64,000 nt of DNA. Origin: Fibrobacterales bacterium (GTDB taxonomy: Bacteria; Fibrobacterota; Fibrobacteria; Fibrobacterales; JAOPTW01). Shown here piece by piece: positions 47,724 through 57,041 of the stretch. Both the position numbers and the translations under genes were made by a program. The first letter of the stretch is position 1. Every line of letters begins with the position of its first letter. The stretch is taken from contig JAOPTW010000047.1 of NCBI GenBank assembly GCA_051532035.1, positions 25,735 to 89,734 on the forward strand. The letters are read 5' to 3'. The notes below the pieces were generated by a model that saw only the letters and a list, made by a program, of their open reading frames with translations, had not been told where the DNA came from and made no database searches.

Positions 47724-48377
47724 CTACTGCCCTACCGTTTCAGAGCCAGTAGTGTTTGCAGGAGCAACAGGTACCACTACTGTTTTTACCATGGCGCTAT
47801 CCTTACCTGCAGTTGTCGTATCAGCAGGATTCTGAGATGCAGAAAGCTCTACTGGGCTCACCCCCAACTCAGTTAATGCCACCGCCACTTGTCCAATAAA
47901 ATCACCATTAGGATACTGAGTAATATAAGCTTTTAGCTTCTCTTGACTTTTACTCAGAAGAGCCTCTTCAAATACTAATCCTTCAATATCCGACATTGCA
48001 TAATCTATATACGCACCCTTTGGATACTTACTCATATAATCATTATAGCCCGCAATAGTTCTCTCTTGTACTGCACTTTCATACACTAGAGTTTCAATAT
48101 CATCCTGAGCATCTTTCGCATATTTCCCATCTGGAAATTGTGCAAGATACCCCTCATACGACTCAATGGTCCCCATTGAGCCCGCCTCAAAATAGGTCAG
48201 CGAATCAAGAATCACTTTTGCCTCAGGCACTTTGGCATTGTCGGGATTTTGGGCAATAAAACGTTCATATTGTTTAATGCTATTCTTTTTTTGAGCTTTT
48301 TCCCATGGCGCGTTAGCACACCCCGAAAACCCGATTACTATTAAAGTAACTCCAAATAAGAAAAAGGTACTTTTCAT
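47724..48377 (-). CDS. Lipoprotein with four 37-aa TPR-like repeats
   Basis: Lipobox FSGC; repeats of type A....TI..Y..Y...YP.G.Y...A. Confidence 0.8.
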   Translation of the reverse strand: MKSTFFLFGVTLIVIGFSGCANAPWEKAQKKNSIKQYERFIAQNPDNAKVPEAKVILDSLTYFEAGSMGTIESYEGYLAQFPDGKYAKDAQDDIETLVYESAVQERTIAGYNDYMSKYPKGAYIDYAMSDIEGLVFEEALLSKSQEKLKAYITQYPNGDFIGQVAVALTELGVSPVELSASQNPADTTTAGKDSAMVKTVVVPVAPANTTGSETVGQ

Positions 48378-48622
48378 AATGCTCCTTCTGTATACTGTTC
48401 TTGTAAGTTGTATTAAAGGGTACCTCTAAAAGTTCAATTTGGATCATTTACCCAAATGGGTAGGTGAACAACAGTCTATCGCAATGAAATTTATAGTGAA
48501 ACCCTAAAGACTTATTCCACTATAAACATATATTAAATCGATTTAAAAGCATATATTTTTTCTGGCAACCATAATAACTCAATTTTGAGTGCAAAACTAC
48601 CGATAGTATATTAAAGAGCAAC

Positions 48623-48651
48623 TTGTTAAAAATTCACAAATGTGGTATACT
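48623..48651 (+). promoter_or_regulatory. Sigma70 promoter with an extended -10
   Basis: TTGTTA-N17-TATACT preceded by TGG. Confidence 0.55.
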
Positions 48652-48714
48652 CATAGTATACTAATTGATTATATAAGTATATTAAATAGAGTACTTTGGA
48701 CACCTGGCGGGCAC

Positions 48715-49101
48715 ATGAAAAAATTTATTGTAAGCATGGCATTGGTAACGGTCACTATTGCACTCGTTGCAACACTCCGCTCACCTCCAAGTGCTCCATC
48801 AAAAAGCACTCCATCTAAACACGATGTCATTAACTCCCTCTCATCACATTTCAAACAGAAAAAAGAGAAAAAAGACTACACCCCATCTACCAACAATCTG
48901 GTATCTACCAAAGTTCGCAAAACAACGCCTGAGCGTATGGCCAAGAAACTCGCAACCACTGAAATGCTGAAATTAAAAAATTTAAAAAACAGAAAAAGCT
49001 TTACCGTATCAGCCAAAGATCTGAAAAAAATCGCCCCCGGCACCTATGTAACTAAATACAAAAACCGATATTACAAAATTCAAAATGTTAAAAAAAGATA
49101 A
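48715..49101 (+). CDS. Small basic exported protein, paralog of 50857..51240
   Basis: MKKFIVSMALVT hydrophobic N-terminus; C-terminus ..PGTYV...KNRYYKI. Confidence 0.75.
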   Translation: MKKFIVSMALVTVTIALVATLRSPPSAPSKSTPSKHDVINSLSSHFKQKKEKKDYTPSTNNLVSTKVRKTTPERMAKKLATTEMLKLKNLKNRKSFTVSAKDLKKIAPGTYVTKYKNRYYKIQNVKKR

Positions 49102-49144
49102 TCTACTTCTTACCTAACTGGTAAGCATCAATATACAATCCATT

Positions 49145-49855
49145 CTAATCAATTTTTTTAGGCCTAAACCCAAGATAATCACACGATGTCAAGTGAGACT
49201 GCATGCCTTTATATGCCACTTCAACACCATCGTAATGCGACTCGCCATGAAGATGCCCGAAGACAACATGCCCTGCACCTGCAGCATGAAACAGAGAAAG
49301 TACCTCATCTCCATTAGTTGAAGGAATCCCTGGTGGAAAATGAGTTACACCAATTTGGGTGTAGTCACGGTGATCATTAGGCAGTACTGATAAATGAGTT
49401 TCCAATCGACGCAGCTCTTTTTCAAACAACTTGTTCCCTGACCCTTCTACTGGTACTCCTCCTTGATTAACTTCAAGGGCCCTATCCCACATACGACTCC
49501 CCATAAAGAGATATCTATCTATAACAATAGGTGACGATTGCAGCGGTATAATAGAATCAGGTAACGCGTCACATACCTTTTTATAAGAGCCCCACCAATA
49601 ATCGTGATTCCCTTTTATAATTATTTTTGTTCCTGGCAACTGATCGAGCCAGTCCAAATCTGGGAGTGCCTGATCGATGGTACTTGCCCAAGATATATCA
49701 CCAGCAACAATAACGATATCATCATACCCCACCACTTCAAACCATTGTTTCATAATTTTTTGTGGATGATCAACCCACGCATCTCCAAAGAGATCCATTT
49801 TTTTATCGGGAACACCAAATGAAAGATGTAGATCAGAAATTGCGTACAGTGCCAT
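49145..49855 (-). CDS. Calcineurin-like metallophosphoesterase
   Basis: ISDLHL, AGDISWA, KGNHDYWW, HFPP, FGHLH. Confidence 0.92.
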   Translation of the reverse strand: MALYAISDLHLSFGVPDKKMDLFGDAWVDHPQKIMKQWFEVVGYDDIVIVAGDISWASTIDQALPDLDWLDQLPGTKIIIKGNHDYWWGSYKKVCDALPDSIIPLQSSPIVIDRYLFMGSRMWDRALEVNQGGVPVEGSGNKLFEKELRRLETHLSVLPNDHRDYTQIGVTHFPPGIPSTNGDEVLSLFHAAGAGHVVFGHLHGESHYDGVEVAYKGMQSHLTSCDYLGFRPKKID

Positions 49856-50754
49856 TATGCCCTCGGATGCGCCTGAGCATAAGAATCTTTCAACCGTTTA
49901 GTATTGACATGAGTATACACTTGTGTTGTAGAGAGTGAAGCGTGCCCCAACATATCCTTAACCGCCATAAGATCTGCACCATTCTCTAATAGGTGCGTTG
50001 CAAAAGAGTGACGCAAAACATGGGGGGATGCTTTTCCATCCCAACCCAATGCTTTAAGTTGTGCTTCCATATCTCTCTGAAGCGTACGCGTACTATACCG
50101 CGTATCACTTGAAGATAAAAAGAGGTACTCTTTAAATCCTGCGGGAAAGCCACGCCCCTTTTGTATTTCACGATACGAATGTAAAGTTCCAATGGCAGAA
50201 GGAGTGAGTGGTACTACCCTCATTTTATTACCCTTACCCACAACAGTCACCGTTTTTGCTTTGTATGCTACATCTCCCCACTTCAAATTATGCACTTCGG
50301 CAAGTCGTAACCCGGAACCATAAAAGAGTTCGAGTAGTAATGCTCTCCTCTCCTGAATCTCGGGAACATCTGAAGTGACCCTCTCGGTATCACTCATCAC
50401 TTTTTGAGAAATAAATGCAACTAACGTCTGCGGTTTTTTAGGAGTCACAAGACGAGTCGCCTCATTAACTGCAATAATTTTGTGCCGAATGAGATAATTC
50501 CCAAAGCTCTTGAAACAAGCAATTGCTTGAGCTGATGTGGCCGGAGCAACCTTTCGTTCAGAGACGAGATAATAGAGATATTGCTGTAGATGAGAAAAAG
50601 TATACTCAGTTACGAGGGTACCTTTCCCAGTAAATTCAATAAATCCAGAAAGCACCCTTTCATAGGCCTTCACCGTATGAGGAGAGTAATTTCGATTATG
50701 GGCTACATACTCTAAGTAGGTCGTTACCCGTGTTATAAGTGGACTATCAGTCAT
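49855..50754 (-). CDS. xerC: Tyrosine recombinase XerC/XerD
   Basis: YSPHT..AY, ELFYGSGLR..E, GKGNK.R, SPHVLRHSFATHLL, LGHASLSTTQVYTH. Confidence 0.85.
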   Translation of the reverse strand: MTDSPLITRVTTYLEYVAHNRNYSPHTVKAYERVLSGFIEFTGKGTLVTEYTFSHLQQYLYYLVSERKVAPATSAQAIACFKSFGNYLIRHKIIAVNEATRLVTPKKPQTLVAFISQKVMSDTERVTSDVPEIQERRALLLELFYGSGLRLAEVHNLKWGDVAYKAKTVTVVGKGNKMRVVPLTPSAIGTLHSYREIQKGRGFPAGFKEYLFLSSSDTRYSTRTLQRDMEAQLKALGWDGKASPHVLRHSFATHLLENGADLMAVKDMLGHASLSTTQVYTHVNTKRLKDSYAQAHPRA

Positions 50755-50856
50755 AATCCTAAATATACCAAAACACCTTTTTTTACTCAATTAAATTACG
50801 GTATGACCTTATTTGAGTGAGCTTTTAGAGGCATCTTATGTTATATTTAAATTAAG

Positions 50857-51240
50857 ATGAAGGGATTTATAGCAACAATGGCCATGGTTACCGGTGGGGT
50901 GATACTCATTTCGACTTTTAATAGCGGTAACAGTTCTGTAGAGATGAACAATTCAGTTCTCGATTCTACAGTGAGTGAACAAAAAATCACGGTTAATACC
51001 AGTGAAATCATCACAAAAAAAACTGCTCATATTAGTTCAAGTAAGCCTCGAGTATCAAATAAGGTAATCAGTATCAGTGATGTTCAATTTGCGCGAAAGC
51101 TCAAAAGTGGAGAGACACTCGACATAACATCCCTTGATGGACGCTCTCATACCGTCTCTCAGAACTCTTTTACACGCCTCAATCCAGGCATCTATATAGC
51201 TCGTAAAAACAACCGAGTCTATCGAATTGTAAAGAAATAA
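50857..51240 (+). CDS. Small exported protein, paralog of 48715..49101
   Basis: MKGFIATMAMVT N-terminus; ITSLDGR....LNPGIYI...NRVYRIVKK C-terminus. Confidence 0.75.
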   Translation: MKGFIATMAMVTGGVILISTFNSGNSSVEMNNSVLDSTVSEQKITVNTSEIITKKTAHISSSKPRVSNKVISISDVQFARKLKSGETLDITSLDGRSHTVSQNSFTRLNPGIYIARKNNRVYRIVKK

Positions 51241-51333
51241 CTGAAATAACAAGCAATTATAATCACCTCTGCAATGAACTCATAGTTGTTTTTAATCACC
51301 ACAAATAGGGAGAATAAATATACATTGGCTCTT

Positions 51334-52437
51334 ATGATTCATTTGATAGAGACAAAAGAGCAACTCACTCAAATTGTAGAGGTGGCAATTACCTATGATA
51401 CGGTAGCCATTGATACAGAGTTTCTGTGGGAAACCACTTATTTCCCCATTTTGGGGCTTATTCAGCTCGGCCTCCCTGATGGCAACTCATATCTTATTGA
51501 TGGCGTTAAAATTGAAGACCTCACACCTCTCGGAAAACTAATGGAGGATCATTCAACCACCAAAGTGCTCCACGATGCGGTACAAGATCTTACAATTATA
51601 CGTCAATACACAGACACATTTCCCAACAACATATTTGACACCCGCAGAGCAGCCGGCTTTATTGGCCTCCCCTGTACTATATCTCTTGCAAAACTCCTTA
51701 AAGAGCTTCTCAACATAACTCTTCCTAAAACTGAAACTCGCACCAACTGGATTAGACGTCCACTCAGCGATAATCAAAAAAGATATGCCGCCGATGATGT
51801 AGTGTACCTTTGTAAGGTTAAGGATATTATCGAGAGTCAAATTATCGGCACACCAGTGAGTGACTGGATTAAAGAAGAGATGCTCGATTATGATCGCAAT
51901 ATTCATTACCAAGAAAAAACAGCACGTAATCAATATATCAAAGTAAAGGGTGCCAAAAAACTCCCTCCTAAAAAACTAGCACTCTTGAGAGAACTCGCTG
52001 CATGGCGTGAAATAGAAGCATTTGAGGCAAATCGTCCTCGAAAAAGAGTCATGAGCGACGCACAACTCATGACCCTGGTTCATCAAGCACCGCGCAACGA
52101 TGAAGCCCTCAAATACACTCAAGGGTTCCCTTACAAAAAAATGCACGGTAAAACAGAAGATATCTTAAGAGCCATCAACAAAGGGCTCGATTTAGAACCC
52201 TCAAAATATCCTCAGAAAATTGAAGAGGACTCTCCAGAATTCCTCTATACTCGTGTGGATGAAACATTTGCCTTTATCGAAAAAGAGTGCAAATCCCACG
52301 ACATTGATCCTGGGCTGATTGGATCAAAAGTTGATATCAAAAAATACTACTGCTCAGGTGATCGACCAAAGATGGCCGACCATCGCATTCTTACTGGCTG
52401 GAGAAGTGAACTCCTCTCCAACCTCAATAACGAGTAG
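51334..52437 (+). CDS. rnd: Ribonuclease D
   Basis: AIDTEF, LIQ, KVLH...QD, FDT, W..RPL...Q..YAADDV, HRDC domain, GWR. Confidence 0.92.
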   Translation: MIHLIETKEQLTQIVEVAITYDTVAIDTEFLWETTYFPILGLIQLGLPDGNSYLIDGVKIEDLTPLGKLMEDHSTTKVLHDAVQDLTIIRQYTDTFPNNIFDTRRAAGFIGLPCTISLAKLLKELLNITLPKTETRTNWIRRPLSDNQKRYAADDVVYLCKVKDIIESQIIGTPVSDWIKEEMLDYDRNIHYQEKTARNQYIKVKGAKKLPPKKLALLRELAAWREIEAFEANRPRKRVMSDAQLMTLVHQAPRNDEALKYTQGFPYKKMHGKTEDILRAINKGLDLEPSKYPQKIEEDSPEFLYTRVDETFAFIEKECKSHDIDPGLIGSKVDIKKYYCSGDRPKMADHRILTGWRSELLSNLNNE

Positions 52438-52457
52438 TACACTACTCGAAAATACCT

Positions 52458-53960
52458 TTATACCGTAATCCCATAGATAGCACCGTATTTCTCTTTTAAA
52501 TAGTCAGTAAAATATTGAGGATTGAGCGCTTCACCCGTCGCCTGTGTAATGAGTTCAGAAGGACTGAGCTCGCGACCCCATTTCCAAATAGACTTTTGCA
52601 ACCACTCATTCAAAAACCCATAAGAGCCCGCATTCATTTGAGTAGTAAAGTCAGGCACTTCTCGTTTTATCGCTTCAAATATTTGAGCAGCATTCATATT
52701 ACCGAGAGCATAGGTAGGAAAATATCCAAAAAGCCCTGCACTCCAATGGACATCTTGCATAAACCCTTCGAGTGGCGACTGAGGAACTATTCCTAGATAC
52801 TCTTTCATTTTGCTATTCCATACTCCTTCTATTTCACGGGAGGTTATCTCACCATTAAAGAGCGCTTTTTCAACTTCATACCGGAGGATAATGTGCATGT
52901 TATAGGTGATTTCATCTGCATCAACGCGAATAAACGAAGGTGCTACTCGATTGACTAAGGTATAAAACTGGCGACTATCAATATCTTTTAAGGTATCGCC
53001 AAATGACTGCTGCAGCATACTGTAGTTTTTATTCCAAAATATTTCGGAACGCCCAATACAGTTCTCCCAAAATCTCGATTGACTCTCGTGTACTCCAAGG
53101 GAAACTGCCTCAGAAAGTGGCGTCCCCGCCGTCTCAATAGGAAGCCCTTGTTCATAAAGACCGTGCCCGCCCTCGTGGAGTGTCGAGAAAACCGAATCTA
53201 TTAAATTGTGAGTATCATAGCGCGTGGTAAGCCGCACATCTGTTGGGTGAAAGTTTGTGGTAAACGGGTGCTCGGATTCATCGATTCGCCCGCAGCCCAT
53301 ATTAAAACCTATAAGGTCAAGGAGGGTATTATTAACCTTTTTTTGCATCCCGATATCAAAGGAACGCCCCTCCAATAGATTTTCAGTTGGCTGTCCTGCG
53401 TCGGCAATTGCCGCAATTAAGGGAACTAATTCATTTTTAAGTGTCCCAAACAGCGCGTCGATAGTAGTTGCATTTGCACCACGCTCATACTCATCAAGCA
53501 AAGCATCATACGGAGTCATCCCCTCAGTCTTAAGACATTCCGCTTCTTGCTGCGCTATGGCCACTACTTTATCAAGCCACGGAAGAAAGTCACTGGGAGA
53601 GCCTTGATTTCGAGCTTTTGACCACTCCTGCTGAGCCATAGAGGTGACCTTTGATTTCTCAACCACAAGAGCCTCAGGAAGCTTGACCATTTTTTCCCGG
53701 TCTCGTTTAATTTCTGCAATCTGTGCACACTGAGAAGCACTCAGTCCCTTTTCAGCGGCTGCCGCCTCGATAAGATCACCATACTGCTGAGCAACCATTT
53801 TTTCGTGCAATACTTTAGAGAGAACACCGAGTGTTTCAGCACGAGCTTCGCCTGACTCTTTGGGCATATAGGTCTCCATATCCCAACCTAACACATTCAT
53901 GGCCGCAGCAACTGAGCCCACCTCTTTAGTGTATGTCAATAGTGCATCATAATTACTCAT
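52458..53960 (-). CDS. M32 carboxypeptidase (carboxypeptidase Taq family)
   Basis: HPF, DVRLTT, HEGGH, HESQSR, IRVDAD, QDVHW, GYFPTY. Confidence 0.95.
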   Translation of the reverse strand: MSNYDALLTYTKEVGSVAAAMNVLGWDMETYMPKESGEARAETLGVLSKVLHEKMVAQQYGDLIEAAAAEKGLSASQCAQIAEIKRDREKMVKLPEALVVEKSKVTSMAQQEWSKARNQGSPSDFLPWLDKVVAIAQQEAECLKTEGMTPYDALLDEYERGANATTIDALFGTLKNELVPLIAAIADAGQPTENLLEGRSFDIGMQKKVNNTLLDLIGFNMGCGRIDESEHPFTTNFHPTDVRLTTRYDTHNLIDSVFSTLHEGGHGLYEQGLPIETAGTPLSEAVSLGVHESQSRFWENCIGRSEIFWNKNYSMLQQSFGDTLKDIDSRQFYTLVNRVAPSFIRVDADEITYNMHIILRYEVEKALFNGEITSREIEGVWNSKMKEYLGIVPQSPLEGFMQDVHWSAGLFGYFPTYALGNMNAAQIFEAIKREVPDFTTQMNAGSYGFLNEWLQKSIWKWGRELSPSELITQATGEALNPQYFTDYLKEKYGAIYGITV

Positions 53961-54119
53961 AGGTCCTCTTTTCAATAAAATAACTCAAACAGTACCAGGG
54001 AAAGTAGTTAAATAGAACAATTCAGCCCATAAAATAGTATCAGAATGCATGTTATTAGCGGTACTAAGCAGGAAAAATTAGTATGATAAGAGTAGAGATA
54101 TTTTGTCGTGAGGTACCCC

Positions 54120-54530
54120 ATGAACCACTACAACACCATACTCTATCCTATCAATCTGGATGACCCCAATAAGAAAATGATCAATGAAGCGATCAATCAT
54201 GCCATGCGCTACGATGCCGCACTTCATATCCTCTTTGTAAACAATCCACAAGCAGGATATCGCTCTCCTCTAGAAAAAGAGGATGATGTAAAAAGAGCTG
54301 TTGCCCAAAATGTTGAATCTCTTGACCTCGACCAACTGAATATCACCTATGCTATTGCAATAGGAGAAGTTGGCTCTGCCGTTGAAGACTATGTGAACAA
54401 ACACCCCATAGACCTCATCATTACGGGACACACCCACCATAGCGCCCTCTATTCACTCTTTTTTGATACTGCTGATGAAAAAATTATTGACGCAGTAAAC
54501 ATACCAATACTGGTATTGCCCAAAGGGTAG
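54120..54530 (+). CDS. Universal stress protein
   Basis: YNTILYP, DLIITG.H, IPILVL. Confidence 0.85.
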   Translation: MNHYNTILYPINLDDPNKKMINEAINHAMRYDAALHILFVNNPQAGYRSPLEKEDDVKRAVAQNVESLDLDQLNITYAIAIGEVGSAVEDYVNKHPIDLIITGHTHHSALYSLFFDTADEKIIDAVNIPILVLPKG

Positions 54531-54637
54531 ACAAGAGAACAGGGAGCATCAACAGATCAAGCCCCATTGAACACTTTTGATCGAGTGAGAGGGGCCAATT
54601 TTCCCCTGTGCTTCGTTCATTTTTATACATTTGAAAT

Positions 54638-56044
54638 ATGCGCCATTTCCTTCTTATGATACTCTGTATCCTCAGTATACTCACCCAACCTCTCTCTGCA
54701 TTAGAGGTTCGTGGAGCCAATCAGTCACTTGATATCGCAGCCTCTGCCCGGCGCTCAGGAACTGCCGACCTTTATCTTGGCATGCCTGGAGATTTAGCAA
54801 GCATCTATGGCCACCCTGCCAGTTTAACCGATCTCGTACTCACCCACATTTTAGTGAGTCACTATGAGCATTTCGAAGGTGCTCAATACGATCATATTGC
54901 AGCCAACATCCCCCTCGATAGTACTTCAACTCTCGCTTTTGGACTCGCGCGCTTTGGTATAGATGGTATCCCTTTAACCCAAGAAGGGGTTATTTACGAA
55001 GGAGCATCATACGAAACATTTAGCGCGACAGATTACATACTCTCGAGTTCATTTGCACACCAAATTAACGCACTTACTTTAGGCGCTTCTCTTCATCTTC
55101 TCTATCGAACCCTCGACCAAACCGGTTTTGGCTTCCGTACTGATATCTCTGCTCAATATTCTCGAGGTAATTTCCGCATTGCTGCACTCGTAAAAGGACT
55201 GACTACTTCGGCAGCTACCTGGGAAGAGGGCACGTTTGAATATAGCCCTACTGAAATTTATACCGGTATGGGCTACACCTTTCCCCTCCCCTACTTTTAC
55301 GGTTCATTCAACGTTGCCTGGCAATCAAGTGGGTTTCTGCATCACGACGCTCGCTCTACTACCCCACTCTCAGAAGAGGGAGGAGACTCACTCACTTCCT
55401 ACACCCTTGCAGGCAAACGAATCACGAGTGACCCATGGGGCTGGCTTAAATCATCCTCTGGCGCTATTGAATTCACCTCACCAACAGGCCTTGCACTCAG
55501 AGTGGGCATTCCCCATCTCCACACCCCCACCTTCTTTTCTATGGGCGCTGGCATTACTCTTCTCAAACACACTTCTATTGACTACTCATTTTACAACCAC
55601 CCCGAGCTCTCCAATACCCACCATGTGAGTATTACTATCATCCCAGAAATCATTGTGGCACGTCACTTTAAAAAGCGAACCCCATTCAAGCAAAATCGTA
55701 CGATTACACCCCTCCCTCCTCAAATAAAGGATGCACACGAGCCAAGCCCTACAATTGATTCTGTGATTACTCCAAGCATTGATTCGACAAACACTTCTAC
55801 CAAAGATTCAACAGAGATACTACAACCAAATCCTCTAACACAAGACTCAACTCAGTCATCCATTCTCATTGAGAGCCCCCCCAAATTAGAGCAGAGTGAT
55901 TCTACAACAATCAACGCCATCGACACACTCTCTCCGGCGGTGAATCAACCTCCATCAGAACCAGACTCTACCACTGCCCCTCTCACTCCCAATGAAAAAG
56001 TGTTTTTTGAAGAGGAGATCATAGAAGAGGAGCTCGTTGACTAA
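54638..56044 (+). CDS. PorV/PorQ-like (UPF0164) barrel with a low-complexity C-terminal extension
   Basis: ARRSG.AD....D..SIY.HPA.L N-terminus, GFGF..D, DYS...HPEL..TH, then a Pro/Ser/Thr/Asp-rich tail. Confidence 0.75.
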   Translation: MRHFLLMILCILSILTQPLSALEVRGANQSLDIAASARRSGTADLYLGMPGDLASIYGHPASLTDLVLTHILVSHYEHFEGAQYDHIAANIPLDSTSTLAFGLARFGIDGIPLTQEGVIYEGASYETFSATDYILSSSFAHQINALTLGASLHLLYRTLDQTGFGFRTDISAQYSRGNFRIAALVKGLTTSAATWEEGTFEYSPTEIYTGMGYTFPLPYFYGSFNVAWQSSGFLHHDARSTTPLSEEGGDSLTSYTLAGKRITSDPWGWLKSSSGAIEFTSPTGLALRVGIPHLHTPTFFSMGAGITLLKHTSIDYSFYNHPELSNTHHVSITIIPEIIVARHFKKRTPFKQNRTITPLPPQIKDAHEPSPTIDSVITPSIDSTNTSTKDSTEILQPNPLTQDSTQSSILIESPPKLEQSDSTTINAIDTLSPAVNQPPSEPDSTTAPLTPNEKVFFEEEIIEEELVD

Positions 56045-56973
56045 TGGCTCAATTTGACTACAGCAATCACCGCCGACAGGGACCCAAGAAAATCCCTTTA
56101 CTCCGCATTCTTCTTTTGGCCTTCGCCCTTTTTGGACTCTATCAACTCTTAGGCCCCGATACGCCATCTTCAAAAAAAGTTGTTCAAACTCAAAAAAAGG
56201 CAACAAAGAAGACCTCTAAAAAAAAGAGTTCAAAACGGAAACAGCCGCTTCTCTTAATAGACTCCAGTTATAGTGTAAAGGTAAAGACCCACAACAATAA
56301 GTCAAAAACAGTACACTTTCAATTTGTTGATAAAAAGCCTGTGCTACTCGACTCCTCAAAAATTCTGAGCCCCTTTTTGCTCGCCACAATCAATCGAGCC
56401 CTTATCATTCACAACAAATCTCGTGAACCACTTTCAGTCAGTTTTCATACAACCGAGAAAAACGTCCCTCTCTCATTTGTCATTGCAAATGGTACCCAAT
56501 CAACAAAATACGCTCGATGGAGTGGCGATTCGGGAGTTGCCTTTATCGATAAGAACGGCTGCACTTATGGAAAGCCCTGCCTCAGTTATCCTGGACGCGT
56601 TGAACTCCTTACCTTTGACAAAAGTGACCTCGTCAACTTTAAAGGCGCCATCGGCACTACCGTCAAAAGCATACACAACGGGACCGTCACCTCGGTAAAC
56701 CACCGTTTTCAAAATGGCAGCCTTGTGACCATTCACCACGGCAACAACCTCAACGCATTCTATTCTGGGCTCGACTCGGCTACGATCAAAGTATCACCAG
56801 GGGATCACGTTAACACCGGAACCCCACTTGCCAAAATAAGCGAACGAGCACCCAGCTTCTTTCTCACAATGCTCCGGAACAATCAACCCACCTCATTTGT
56901 GAATGAATGGCGCGACTCCTACCCTATTCGCTCGTCAAAGACCCTCAAAACCTTCGTGGAAAAACACTTTTAA
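56044..56973 (+). CDS. Membrane-anchored degenerate M23/LytM-domain protein
   Basis: G..VKS...G.V, G..V.I.HG, V..GD.V..G..LA present; Zn-ligand His residues missing (FYSGL, PSFFL). Confidence 0.7.
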   Translation: MAQFDYSNHRRQGPKKIPLLRILLLAFALFGLYQLLGPDTPSSKKVVQTQKKATKKTSKKKSSKRKQPLLLIDSSYSVKVKTHNNKSKTVHFQFVDKKPVLLDSSKILSPFLLATINRALIIHNKSREPLSVSFHTTEKNVPLSFVIANGTQSTKYARWSGDSGVAFIDKNGCTYGKPCLSYPGRVELLTFDKSDLVNFKGAIGTTVKSIHNGTVTSVNHRFQNGSLVTIHHGNNLNAFYSGLDSATIKVSPGDHVNTGTPLAKISERAPSFFLTMLRNNQPTSFVNEWRDSYPIRSSKTLKTFVEKHF

Positions 56974-57041
56974 AAGCACCGCACTCCTGCCCAGAGCCAA
57001 TATTTGCTATTTTCTACTTAGTTCATCTAAGTGACCCATCT

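Noticed and set aside
48579..48606. Second sigma28-like promoter (TCAA-N16-ACCGATAG)
   Set aside because: Spacing is off by one and the -10 is mismatched; a better sigma70 promoter lies just downstream
48623..48639. Rex-like operator TTGTTAA-AAA-TTCACAA
   Set aside because: The spacer is 3 nt instead of 4, it coincides with a promoter, and the downstream gene is not a redox gene
49855..50754. Tyrosine recombinase as an integron integrase or island integrase
   Set aside because: No IntI-specific insertion, attC array, flanking direct repeats or phage genes; the sequence is typical XerC/D
50819..50846. Possible dif site next to xerC (TTATGTTATAT resembles the XerD arm)
   Set aside because: The left arm lacks the ATAA needed for the XerC half-site; better explained as an extended -10 promoter for 50857
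54531..54575. SAM-I riboswitch resemblance (caagag..ggga..gcccc..tgaa)
   Set aside because: It lacks the ATC start, GAGGGA and GCAACC core, and the downstream gene is unrelated to sulfur metabolism
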